A stretch of DNA of 61,511 nt, filler included. It is 15 parts of 15 records of this genome, joined end to end, with 100 filler letters (N's around TTAATTAATTAA, not from the genome) between each part and the next. Parts side by side here need not be neighbours in the genome. Positions count along the whole stretch, not along the records: positions 1 to 3,314 come from SRR7504441_26890; positions 3,415 to 9,220 come from SRR7504441_26913; positions 9,321 to 12,353 come from SRR7504441_26930; 12 more parts are not named here. One strand, 5' to 3'. The notes under the pieces were generated by a model, which was not told the DNA's origin, ran no database searches, and worked only from the letters and a program-made list of their open reading frames with translations. Each line of letters starts with the position of its first letter. Position 1 is the stretch's first letter. Shown here in pieces: positions 1 to 9,450 of the stretch. A program made the translations under genes and the position numbers.

Positions 1-149
1 TGAGCTATGACCCTTTGATCAATTGAGCATCAATGTTATGCAACACTTGGTGTTAGTTTCTAATTAGCTACGGTACTGTAGCGACTTTTATTTTTGTTGC
101 TTATTTTCCTCAACGTGTAGCAAACGGCCCCCCAGCGTACCGGTAAGTC

Positions 150-3100
150 ATGGCGCGTTCGCCGAGTCAGGCCACGGCCAGCCTGACCAAAGCTGACTTT
201 GCGGTCATCGAGGCGCTGTATACGCTGCATGCTGAGGGCGGCGAGCTCAGATATGATGGTTTCAAGGCTGTGGTGGCAAAGCTGGCAGGGCTCGGGTTTA
301 GCACTCGGGCAGTGGTGTCTACAGAGGACGCAGTGGGTCGGTTCAGCGCGGCGGGCAGTGCGATCCTCCGCGGATTGAGCCGATCGGATCGTTTGCTCGC
401 CCTGATGTTCAAGTACGCCGACAGCCGGGATGGAAGGCAGCTCGGCGCGAGGGAGCTCGGTGCTGGGGCCGGTCTAGCGCTAAACCAGCTGCTCGTGCTG
501 TACGCCGACGCGGCCCGCGGGAGCGCCGAGCTGCTGGATGATCTGCTGTTCTTTCTGACTGACATGAGCGGTGCCGGTTGTGTGAGCAGTTATGATCTGG
601 CCGATTTTTACGCTCAAGCCACCAGGTTGGTGTACACGCTGTGCATCAACAGCGTCGGGGTCGAGCGGATGGAGCTCGGGCACCGGCTGCAGCGCGGGCT
701 GGGCGACCTGCGCACAGTGGTCCAGCTAGACTCTTTGCTTGACCAGTGCGACCTGACGCTCAAGACCGGACCTGCCAGCAGCCAGCCAGCCAGCAGCAGC
801 CTTTTCCGCAGCCTGGGCCTCTCGGATAACCAGACCATCTCGCGCGAGCAGTGGCACAGGCTGGACATCTGCGCACTCTCGCCGCTCCACCGCAGGCTCA
901 GCCGAATGCTCCGCTGCTCACTCGACTGGTCTGGTCACTCAGAGTTCCTAGTCCCAGCTCTCGAGCTTCCAAGGCTCTGCCTGCCTGAGCCAGCCTCCCC
1001 GCCAGCTGCGGAGCCCGCGGACGCCAGCCAGGCGATAGAGCACCTGACCAGCCTGAAGCAGCTCCGGGACGCAGGGCTGGTCCCTCCGGCCGAGTTCGAA
1101 GCGCGCCGCGCCCAGATCCTGGACAAGATCACAGCCACCCAGCACCCGCCCCAGCCCGAGCCGGCTGAAGCGGCCAGTGCGGGCACGGTGCGCCAGCTGG
1201 ACGTTGGGCTGGCTCGGCGGCTGTTTGATCGAATTGACTCGGACCACGACGGGCACCTAACTGAATCGGAGGTGGTGGCCGCGATCGAGGGAATGCAGAG
1301 CGAGCGCGGGCGGGATTGGGCTGGAAATTACCACGATAAGATCAGCCTGCTGGTGCGGCGAGACCTGCCCAAGTATGACTTGGACGGCAATGGCACGCTC
1401 GAGTTTAGCGAGTGGCTCAGAATGCTCACACACAAGCCGTGGTCAGCGCTGCTTGAGCCTCACGGGGAGGAGCCGATCGAGCAGGCCGCGCGGCTGTTCG
1501 AGCTGGCTGACACGAATGGTGACGGTCAGCTCGATTATGAGGAGCTTCACTCTTTGCTGGTTGAGCTGTGCGGCCAGCTGGGGCACGAGTGGTTGGTCAG
1601 GCAAGGCTCGCTCGAGCGGCAGCTTGAGCTCGGCATGCTCGAATACGACACCGACGGGGATGGCCAGCTCAGTTCAGCCGAGTTCAGCCGGATGCTCCAA
1701 CACAGGCCGTGGTCTGAGCTGCTCGGGCTGGCGAGCTCGTCTGTGCGGGTGGCCCGGAGGCCTGATGGTAAGCTCACAGGCAGCTGCTCTCCAGCGCGAG
1801 ACGATTACGACATGATGGGTGTCTCGAGGGCAGCCGATCTGCGCGCATCTGCCTTCAACGCGGCAGCAGCAGCCTCGGTTCGGGCGGCGGAGAAGGCGTT
1901 CAGGCAAGCGGATACGGACCATAATGGTTACATAGACGAGCAAGAGCTGCTTGAGGCGGTCGAATGCCTGGAGACCCAGCTGGGCGAGACCGGGCTGGAG
2001 AAAGAGCAGCTGGTCGCCCGTGCATTCGAGCAGTTCGACATCGATTGTGATGGGCGTATTGACCTGGTCGAGTGGAAGCAGATGCTCTCTTTCGAGCCCT
2101 GGAGCCAGCTGCTGCCCTCCGCGGCAAGCGAGGCAGTTGGCCCGAGCCGGCACAAACAGTATGTTAAGGCGGCTAAGCCGGAAGCCAATTCGAGGATACA
2201 GGCCCGACTAAGGGTCCAGGCCGAGATCGGAGCCGCCCGCAGGGCAGCAGGGGTGCAACCTGAGGAGATCGAGCCTGAGCCTGCGCCAAAAGTGGAGCTC
2301 CAGGCACCCACCCCACTACAAGCTTCGGTGCGCAATCTTGAGTACCCAACCAAGGACGAGCAGCAGCTGAGCATCACCCTGTATACCCCAGCCAATGATA
2401 AGCCTTCAGCGGCAGCAATAGTGTTTCCAGCGCACGAGGAATGCTTTCATGAGCAAGCAGACGTGCCCAACACGCCTTTCGAAGGCGCAATGTGCACAAA
2501 CTTCAACAAGTGGTCGCTCTGGTGCGAATGGTACTGCAGTCGTGGGCTGTTTGTTGTTTGTGTCAATGTCAACCCATCCAGGGAGAGCGAGCTAGCCCAC
2601 TACTTTGACGCCCAAGCCGCGGTGGATTATTGCATTCACCAGCTTCAGCTGCCTGTGCACCAGCTGATTTGTCATGGGCTCGGGTTTGGGGCAGCCCTTG
2701 CCTCCGCTGCGGCAGTTGCCAATCCAGGCTTGTCATTGACTGTAGATCAGGGCTTTGTGAGTGCCACCGAGTTTATTGACGGGGCTCAGACTTGGAACGG
2801 CTGCATGAGGCAGTTTGGGCCGGCGGTCCAGCTGGCCGGGGCGATCACCATGCCGATGCCTGGCTGGATTGGGCGCAGCCTGGGGATTGGGTCGCACACT
2901 CTAACCAAGGGCGAGTGCGATCTGCGGCTGCCGGGTTACCAGACCGATTGGTACGACAACGAGAAGAAGGCCTTCAGGTTGTCCGGTCACTGTGTGGTCA
3001 TGTACGCAGTGCTCGATTCAGTGATGCGCCCTGACTTCCCGGTCAGGCTGTTTGATGCGTGCTACGCGCATAAGGTGCACTGCCGCTGGCCACTGTTGAC

Positions 3101-3287
3101 TCGCAGCGTACAGGTCGAGGATTTGGGCAAAGTGAAAAGTGAGCGGCTAATCCAGGTGACTGGCCAGCACGGCGTGTTCTTCGGCGAGGACAGCGAGGCC
3201 TCACACAAGTATGAGCAGTTTTTGGCTAGCATCGGCCTTATGCAACCGCGTGATGATAGTTCAACGGTGCTCATGCTGCGCTTATAA
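150..3287 (+). CDS. Multi-EF-hand protein with SHOCT motif and C-terminal ABHD-like alpha/beta-hydrolase fold (nucleophile Ser absent)
   Basis: 1045-aa ORF. At least six EF loops (DSDHDGHLTESE, DLDGNGTLEFSE, DTNGDGQLDYEE, DTDGDGQLSSAE, DTDHNGYIDEQE, DIDCDGRIDLVE). SHOCT-like LTSLKQLRDAGLVPPAEFEARRAQIL. Hydrolase-like DAQAAVDY..ICHGLGFGAALA..DQGF..D..GQH. Probable in-frame 39-nt GT-AG intron at 3075-3113. Confidence 0.8.
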   Translation: MARSPSQATASLTKADFAVIEALYTLHAEGGELRYDGFKAVVAKLAGLGFSTRAVVSTEDAVGRFSAAGSAILRGLSRSDRLLALMFKYADSRDGRQLGARELGAGAGLALNQLLVLYADAARGSAELLDDLLFFLTDMSGAGCVSSYDLADFYAQATRLVYTLCINSVGVERMELGHRLQRGLGDLRTVVQLDSLLDQCDLTLKTGPASSQPASSSLFRSLGLSDNQTISREQWHRLDICALSPLHRRLSRMLRCSLDWSGHSEFLVPALELPRLCLPEPASPPAAEPADASQAIEHLTSLKQLRDAGLVPPAEFEARRAQILDKITATQHPPQPEPAEAASAGTVRQLDVGLARRLFDRIDSDHDGHLTESEVVAAIEGMQSERGRDWAGNYHDKISLLVRRDLPKYDLDGNGTLEFSEWLRMLTHKPWSALLEPHGEEPIEQAARLFELADTNGDGQLDYEELHSLLVELCGQLGHEWLVRQGSLERQLELGMLEYDTDGDGQLSSAEFSRMLQHRPWSELLGLASSSVRVARRPDGKLTGSCSPARDDYDMMGVSRAADLRASAFNAAAAASVRAAEKAFRQADTDHNGYIDEQELLEAVECLETQLGETGLEKEQLVARAFEQFDIDCDGRIDLVEWKQMLSFEPWSQLLPSAASEAVGPSRHKQYVKAAKPEANSRIQARLRVQAEIGAARRAAGVQPEEIEPEPAPKVELQAPTPLQASVRNLEYPTKDEQQLSITLYTPANDKPSAAAIVFPAHEECFHEQADVPNTPFEGAMCTNFNKWSLWCEWYCSRGLFVVCVNVNPSRESELAHYFDAQAAVDYCIHQLQLPVHQLICHGLGFGAALASAAAVANPGLSLTVDQGFVSATEFIDGAQTWNGCMRQFGPAVQLAGAITMPMPGWIGRSLGIGSHTLTKGECDLRLPGYQTDWYDNEKKAFRLSGHCVVMYAVLDSVMRPDFPVRLFDACYAHKVHCRWPLLTRSVQVEDLGKVKSERLIQVTGQHGVFFGEDSEASHKYEQFLASIGLMQPRDDSSTVLMLRL

Positions 3288-3314
3288 TACGTAACTCTTG
3301 TCACTTGTAAGTAC

Positions 3315-3414
3315 NNNNNNNNNNNNNNNNNNNNNNNNNNNNNNNNNNNNNNNNNNNNTTAATTAATTAANNNNNNNNNNNNNNNNNNNNNNNNNNNNNN
3401 NNNNNNNNNNNNNN
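3315..3414. other. Artificial contig-joining spacer (first of 14)
   Basis: 44 N + TTAATTAATTAA (stops in all six frames) + 44 N. Identical spacers at 9221-9320, 12354-12453, 16639-16738, 20916-21015, 24951-25050, 28378-28477, 31487-31586, 35651-35750, 40325-40424, 44155-44254, 49316-49415, 53499-53598, 57730-57829. Confidence 0.99.
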
Positions 3415-5651
3415 TGTGCCCGCCGGCCGGCAGCCCGCGACTGAGGCCCGATGCAGCGCCGGGAGCTGCGGCAGCTCATCAGGGATGCACAGCCCGCGGA
3501 CACGGCCGGGTTCGACCGGCTGGGGTTCCCCAGCTTCGCGCCGGCGAGGTGCCCGCCCGCCGATGTTACCCGCGAGCCGCTGTCAGCGGGGCCGAGCCGC
3601 TGTGGCCGCCGGGGACCGCTGGGAGTGCCGAAATCGGGGTGCTGTCCCAACTGATCCTAGCTGGCGTGCCGCACGCCGACCGGCCGGTGGCCTGGCTCCG
3701 GGCGGCGCGCGAGCCGTCGGGCGCGCCCGGGCTGGCCTCTGTGGAGCTGCCGGGACTGGGCCAGTGCCGGAAGCTGCTGGCGAGCGGTGCGGGCCGGCTG
3801 GGCTGCGGGGGACCTGGGGACAGCCGGACGAGCGACGGGGGCGGGGCTGCGGCGGGAGGTTTCCAAGGACGTGCACAGGACCTTCCCGACAAACCCTAGA
3901 TTCGTGAGGGGTGACGGTGAGTCGGGGTGTGGGCGGTGGCGCGAGTCGGGGCCGCAGGGCCGGCCAAACTAGAGAAAGTACTAGTGGGGTACGCGGCCTG
4001 GAACCCGAGAGTGGGCTACTGCCAGGCTATGAATAAGTTTACCGTTGAAGGCTGAGCTGGCGGGCAGGGGATGAATTATGTGGCTGCCACACTGCTGCTG
4101 GTAATGCAGGAGCTTCCACACGCACTGCTGCTGCTCTGCCATTTGTGTGAGGCTGTGGCCCCGAAATACTTCAGTGGCAACATGATCGGAGTCCTCACCG
4201 ACGTGGCGCTGGTCAAGCGACTGGTGCTCTCCCGCCGGGTCTGGCGGCAGCTGTGGGGTAGCTCGTTTCTCGGCTGCCTCGCCTGCACACCGCACTCGCG
4301 GTGTGCGGTTACGACATGATGCTTCTCCTCCCACGATGGCTGCCCACGCTCATGGTCAACGTGGTGCCGCGCTAGCTGGGACTGGGCTGACTGTATGCCA
4401 GCTGCCCTCGGATTCGCTCCTCCGGCTGTGGGATGCAATGCTGATTAGAGGCCGGGTGGCGCTGATAAGTATCTGGCACCACTACGGACCTGCTGAGCCT
4501 CCGACAGGCGTTGTGTTGGCGTTGCTCCAGCGGGCGGCTCCAGAGATCGTCCAGCTGGTCAGTGCCAGGACCGGGCCTGAGCATGACCCTGAGGCACCCC
4601 TGAGATGCGTGAAAGTGTGAGCGGGCTGGCAGCTGCTGATGAGTATCGACGCTGTTCTCAAGCAGACCACGGCGGCGGCAGCCGATGGCGAGTCACTGAT
4701 GGCAGAGGGAGCGTTGTTTGGACTTCAGCCCGTGGAGCTGGCGGCGCTGAGTGCAGAGGCGGCTGCGAGTGTGCAGCGCGAGCAGGCATTGGGCGGAGGG
4801 TGAGTGGCAGCTAGAGCTGAGGGCAGGAGGACAACGACCGGAGGAGGCTGGACCAGAGCCTTGCCGGAATGAGTAAGTTTAGTGTGGCGGAAGTGGAGCA
4901 GCTCCGGGAGATGTGCCAGAGCATGGGCAGCCAGCCTGTCATGCTCGACGCGGCTGCAGTGGCCAAAGTGCTCAAATCGTCGTCGCCTCGAGTGAGTGTG
5001 CCCGCTGGCTAATTGAGCAGCTGTTGGGCAGCACGAGCCACTTGCGGCCGAGATTCACAGGGCATTCGACCTCAACCACGACGGTGTAGTGGATATGAAG
5101 GTGCCCGGCGGGACAGGCTCTGTGAGCGGGGAGCAGGAGCTTGTGCTGGGCCTATCGACTCTCTGCAGAGGCACCGTGAGGGAAAGGCTAGAGCTGGCCT
5201 ACCGCTGCTGGGACTCGGACCACGACGGGCTGCTCGACTTGCCAGAGGCAAATCCGGATCAGTCAGTGCGTGACTGGCGCGGCAGATAGAGGGGATGGTC
5301 TGGTCGTTGCTGAGGGTTCACTACAAGCAGCCACCGGCCAGGGAGACTGTTAAATACATGGCCCAGAGCGTGAGTGCTGCTCAACTGGTGGGGGAGATGC
5401 TCGGGATGCAGGTGTTGGATCAACTCGATCTTGACCAGAACCAGAAGGTGGACATAGACGAGTTTGTGGCGGGAGTGGTGACCATGCCGATTGTGATGGA
5501 CTGCTTCTGCCTGGACGCTCTGTCGGCCGCAGATAGCCAGGGCGGGCTGGCATTGGCCTTGCCGTTGAGCGAAGCGATGGAAAACATCACGCAAGGTGTG
5601 ATGAAAAACATCACGCAAGGGTTGAGTGGGTTGAAGTCCTTATGGTCGTAA
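3415..5651 (+). CDS. TBC (Rab-GAP) domain protein with C-terminal EF-hands; about 12 tiny introns; probably 5' partial
   Basis: After splicing: Arg-finger KDVHRTFP, Gln-finger GYCQ|GMNYV, LPSDSLLRLWDAML, EF loops DLNHDGVVDMKE, DSDHDGLLDLPE, DLDQNQKVDIDE. Introns 3549-3586, 3787-3823, 3917-3957, 4026-4067(GC), 4224-4261, 4364-4401, 4469-4507, 4594-4632(GC), 4786-4826(GC), 4992-5031, 5101-5136, 5248-5285(GC). 3416-3456 also looks like an intron. Confidence 0.88.
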
Positions 5652-5924
5652 AAAAATAGGTATTGACTTTGGTCGATGATGTCACTACTTGATTGCCATA
5701 GATATCTCTAGAGGACGTTTAAACCTACACGATTAATTACTATAGTAAATGATTTTACAGCAATTGACTTAATAGTTCGAGGTAGTATAGAGGCAGTAGT
5801 TTTTGTAGATTTCTACTAGCTGAGCAAGTACATAATATTACGCAGTCGCTACTACTAGTCTGATTGCTGGTGCAACGAAAAATAGAATGGCAATAATTGT
5901 TTGATTTGTGAAACGCTTCCAAGG

Positions 5925-7634
5925 TCATGCGGCTAGTCGGCGCACAGTGAAGACACCTCCAGTTCCGCGGAAAGTTGCTGTAATGGTGTTGTTATCGAGC
6001 GCCAAGCGCCCCGTCCCGTCGTTGCCGGTGATTCCTGCTTGGTTATGGAACGACACCATGCTAGTGGCCTGTTGACCGCCTGCGCCACTAGTGTGCAGCA
6101 AGATTCGATCCCCCCCGAACTGAGCCTCAAACAGCCCGTCGCCAACACACTCCCACATAGCAGCGCCAGGCCCGAACAACGAGCTTTGATGGACCAACAC
6201 ACCACCGTGTCCATCGTCCACGTCGATCTGCTGCGCAACTACAGTGAGTCCGCCAGCTGCGCGCACAGAGCATTGCTGAACTGTGGCTGCAACCAGGAGC
6301 GCCTTATCCATAGTCCTTAGACTTACGGTGTTGATATCTCCGGTCACATTGATGACCCCGTGGCCCACGACCTCACCCGCAGCGAGGGAACCGTTACCGC
6401 CAATCACAGGGAATCCACTGTCGCCATCACCTGCCGTTCAGTCATGACTGCATTTCAAATCACGAAGTATCTTAGCAGCCATGATCACCGTAAGCGTTGA
6501 TCCTGAAGTGTGAAAGACTCGCCCCGTCCACCAAGTTGATAAAATGGCCGTTCTGTTGTGACGCAGGCGCCGAACTGTCGTCCTCGAGCCTGATTCCGCT
6601 CATTTCGACCGTCCGCCAAGCCCCTCGCACTTCAACTGCAGACATGTAGCCGCCTGCCCACCATCCGGCTCCAACCATCCGGCTCTCAAGCCTTACCAGA
6701 TGTTGCGAAATACGTCCCACTCACGGAGAGGTCACACCCTGCCTGCCCGGTTGCGAGGCCTCCCATGTCTAACGACAAAAGCCCGCTGTTGTCTCCAGTA
6801 AACTCCCCGCCGTACAGCCGAAACACCGTGACAGACACTCCTGCGACCAGCCTGCTCACCAGCCCGCATTACGCGGTAGCACCCGTGGCGAGCTTGCGAC
6901 CACTAGGTGCAGTGATGCCCCAGTAAGCGGCTCGCCAGGTAATCAGCAGCCCCGGGTGACCCCCGCCTGAGGCAATCACACTCAGTCCGCGATACCAGCA
7001 AGACTCAAATGACCGGTGTTGGTGTGCAGGGGGTATACCTGAATGGAACCGGCAGTCGCGCCAGGTTTGGACTTCCCCCATGTGGTTGGTGAACGTCGCT
7101 TTGCCTCCCGTGGTCCCGAAATTGCACCGCTCGAACACGACGTCGCTGCCGTAACCGCCACCCGCGGAGCCCTCGGTACGGCCGGCAAGGACTTGGGTGG
7201 CGGCCGAGCCCCCCATGAATGCCAGGCCATGCACGCTGCCGAACGCCGAGCCTGTGAAGTCGTGCACAGCCCCGCCACTGACGGAGGCGTCGGCTTGGAT
7301 GGTGACTGTGGCGCTCGCCCCAGCAATGCCACTGTCGCCCGGCTCGCCGCCTCGTACCGCCATGCCGTCCCACCCACCCCAGTCCACAAACGCTGCAATT
7401 CCCGCCTCAGCTCGGCCTTACCAACGCAGAGCGGCTGCCTGTGATGCGGTAGATGCCACTGGGGAACGCCAGCTCCGTTCGATTCAGCTTGGCAGCGTTG
7501 ATGGCGCTCTGAATGGCCGCAGTGTCGTCCCGCCTGCCGTCCCCGACCGCACCAAAGTCCCGCACGCTCAGCCGAGCATCGGCAGCCCAAAACAGTAACA
7601 GCACCAGCGCAAACACCCGCATCAGCCGCATCAT
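5925..7634 (-). CDS. Secreted pectate-lyase-3-type (right-handed beta-helix) protein, multi-exon
   Basis: Signal peptide [20 protein letters not shown] followed by [43 protein letters not shown] intron (7393-7438) and further GT-AG introns join ORF pieces 6869-7387, 6472-6720 and 5925-6407 in frame. Confidence 0.75.
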
Positions 7635-7717
7635 TGCGTCACGCGTTCGCCCAGAGCTTCGCCCACGGCGGGTTGCGGATTACTAATAACGGCAATTTTT
7701 ACCTGCCCACAGCGCCA

Positions 7718-8491
7718 ATGGCGTCATCAGAGCAGACGTACGCCGAGTGCATGGCTGTGTTGGGCTGCCCAGCGGCCGACTGGGAGCGCATCAAGTCGGG
7801 AGGCCGGCAGGCGGTGCTCCGGGCCCTGCAGCACGCTGGCCGGCCGGCCGGGCTACGGAAGCTGCGCAAGATCCTGCAGGTCGCAGGCTCGCCCGAGCCG
7901 ACCGCCGCACAGGACAGCCGGCGGCTTAAGAAGCGACGGCGGCGGGCCAATGCGCGGGAGCGGGCGGCGAGTAACCAGGAGGGGCGGCTCACGCCAGGTC
8001 AGCTGTTCCAGTTGTTTGGGACCCAGCGGGCGAACTGGGCGAGGCTGGCGGCCCGGATCGCTGAACTGCGAGGCCGGCGGCCGGACCGCAAGGAGCGGAT
8101 GCAGCAGGTGTGGCGGGAGGAGTTTGGCCGGTTCCAGAGGGAGTTCGGAGAGCAGGCGGCCGGCTGGGTGTTCGAGGGCGAAGTGAAGGCGCTGTTCGTG
8201 AGCGTTGTGACACAGGCGGTGCTGCAGCCGCCAGATGAGGCCACCGCCCGTAGGCTATGGCGGGTGCTGGACAGCAAGGGACTGGCCGGGCGGCGGATGG
8301 GCAGCGGGTTAGAGGTGCCTGTCGGAAGCGACAATGTTGGCGCCCGGATGCTGCTAGCGATGGGCTGGGTCGAGGGCACCGGGCTGGGCCGGCACCAGCA
8401 GGGGATCACACAGCCGGTGGCCGTGCATGCCGAGACCCGCAGGAAAAGTGGCATCGGCTGGGCCACGCCAAAGCGTCACAAAGTTTCGTGA
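7718..8491 (+). CDS. G-patch domain protein
   Basis: C-terminal [36 protein letters not shown] is the G-patch consensus. Basic NLS-like RRLKKRRRR. First in-frame ATG at 7718. Confidence 0.85.
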   Translation: MASSEQTYAECMAVLGCPAADWERIKSGGRQAVLRALQHAGRPAGLRKLRKILQVAGSPEPTAAQDSRRLKKRRRRANARERAASNQEGRLTPGQLFQLFGTQRANWARLAARIAELRGRRPDRKERMQQVWREEFGRFQREFGEQAAGWVFEGEVKALFVSVVTQAVLQPPDEATARRLWRVLDSKGLAGRRMGSGLEVPVGSDNVGARMLLAMGWVEGTGLGRHQQGITQPVAVHAETRRKSGIGWATPKRHKVS

Positions 8492-8932
8492 GATCGATCC
8501 ATGGGGTTTAGTACGCAATACTTGTAAGTACTGACTGAATCGAACGACTTGTACGAGTACTCGTACTATACTCGCGAATGCCTCAGACTGAACCGGTACC
8601 AGACACAAAGTGATAATTATGGCATTGCCACAGCTAAAGGGCTGAGGAGCGAGTATTATGTCTTATTGACCATAGGTCAATCTAAGGTCAATCCATTTAT
8701 AAAGTTCAATGCAAGTTTCCCAGGCCAATTGACTTTGACTGATTGACTCATGTCCGACAGTATGCTTTTGCAAGGAGAGATCTGCACTGTTCTAGGGGCA
8801 CCGTTCACTGCGGTCCACTTGTCCCAGGTGCAGGTTCCGAGCATGTATGAGCTGCCTTTAAGCTGCCTTGCTTCCGCTGTGATGGGCTCTCCACAGTTTT
8901 GAGACACCTGGGCTGGCATCTCCTGGATGTGA

Positions 8933-9220
8933 TCAATAGCAGCTCCCATAGTGACAGCCTTGTTGTTGACAGCCGGAACTACCTGGAGTCAACCACTTGC
9001 CTTTCACGCCGACACAGGCCGTCTCAGTCTTGCACTGCATCTTATTTGTTGAGGAGCACGGCTCGCCACACCGCTTCGGATCGCCCGACCACTGGCCGTG
9101 GGCATTGACACAGGCTGCCACGTTCATGCAAGAATACTTGTAGTTTGTGGAGCACGGCTCAAGGCAACCCTCCATATGTTGCGTTTTGACCCACTGGCCC
9201 TTTGCACCGACGCAGGCGGC
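8933..9220 (-). CDS. Cysteine-rich repeat protein fragment (5' truncated; 3' end uncertain)
   Basis: Three repeats of ACV..xG(Q/K)W with C(L/G)EPCS linkers (AACVGAKGQW, AACVNAHGQW, TACVGVKGKW). May continue by splicing into 8677-8949 (QNCGEP). Confidence 0.55.
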   Translation of the reverse strand, partial: AACVGAKGQWVKTQHMEGCLEPCSTNYKYSCMNVAACVNAHGQWSGDPKRCGEPCSSTNKMQCKTETACVGVKGKWLTPGSSGCQQQGCHYGSCY

Positions 9221-9450
9221 NNNNNNNNNNNNNNNNNNNNNNNNNNNNNNNNNNNNNNNNNNNNTTAATTAATTAANNNNNNNNNNNNNNNNNNNNNNNN
9301 NNNNNNNNNNNNNNNNNNNNGCCCAGCTTGGGTGGGGTCTGAGCGCACATGCATTAGACAACGAACTTGTACTCGTACTAGTACTTGAATACAGCTGCAG
9401 CCCAGTTTAAACCTCGAGCAAATCCGAGGACAGCGCGCACCCTCAAACCA

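Noticed and set aside
5577-5620. Short tandem duplications (MENITQGV/MKNITQGL; also 32720-32776, 49155-49179)
   Set aside because: Ordinary local slippage duplications with no sign of a system.
3451-5651. Frameshifted pseudogenes, programmed frameshifting or stop-codon reassignment in the fragmented genes
   Set aside because: The breaks I traced are repaired by short GT/GC-AG introns, and TAA, TAG and TGA all serve as true terminators elsewhere.
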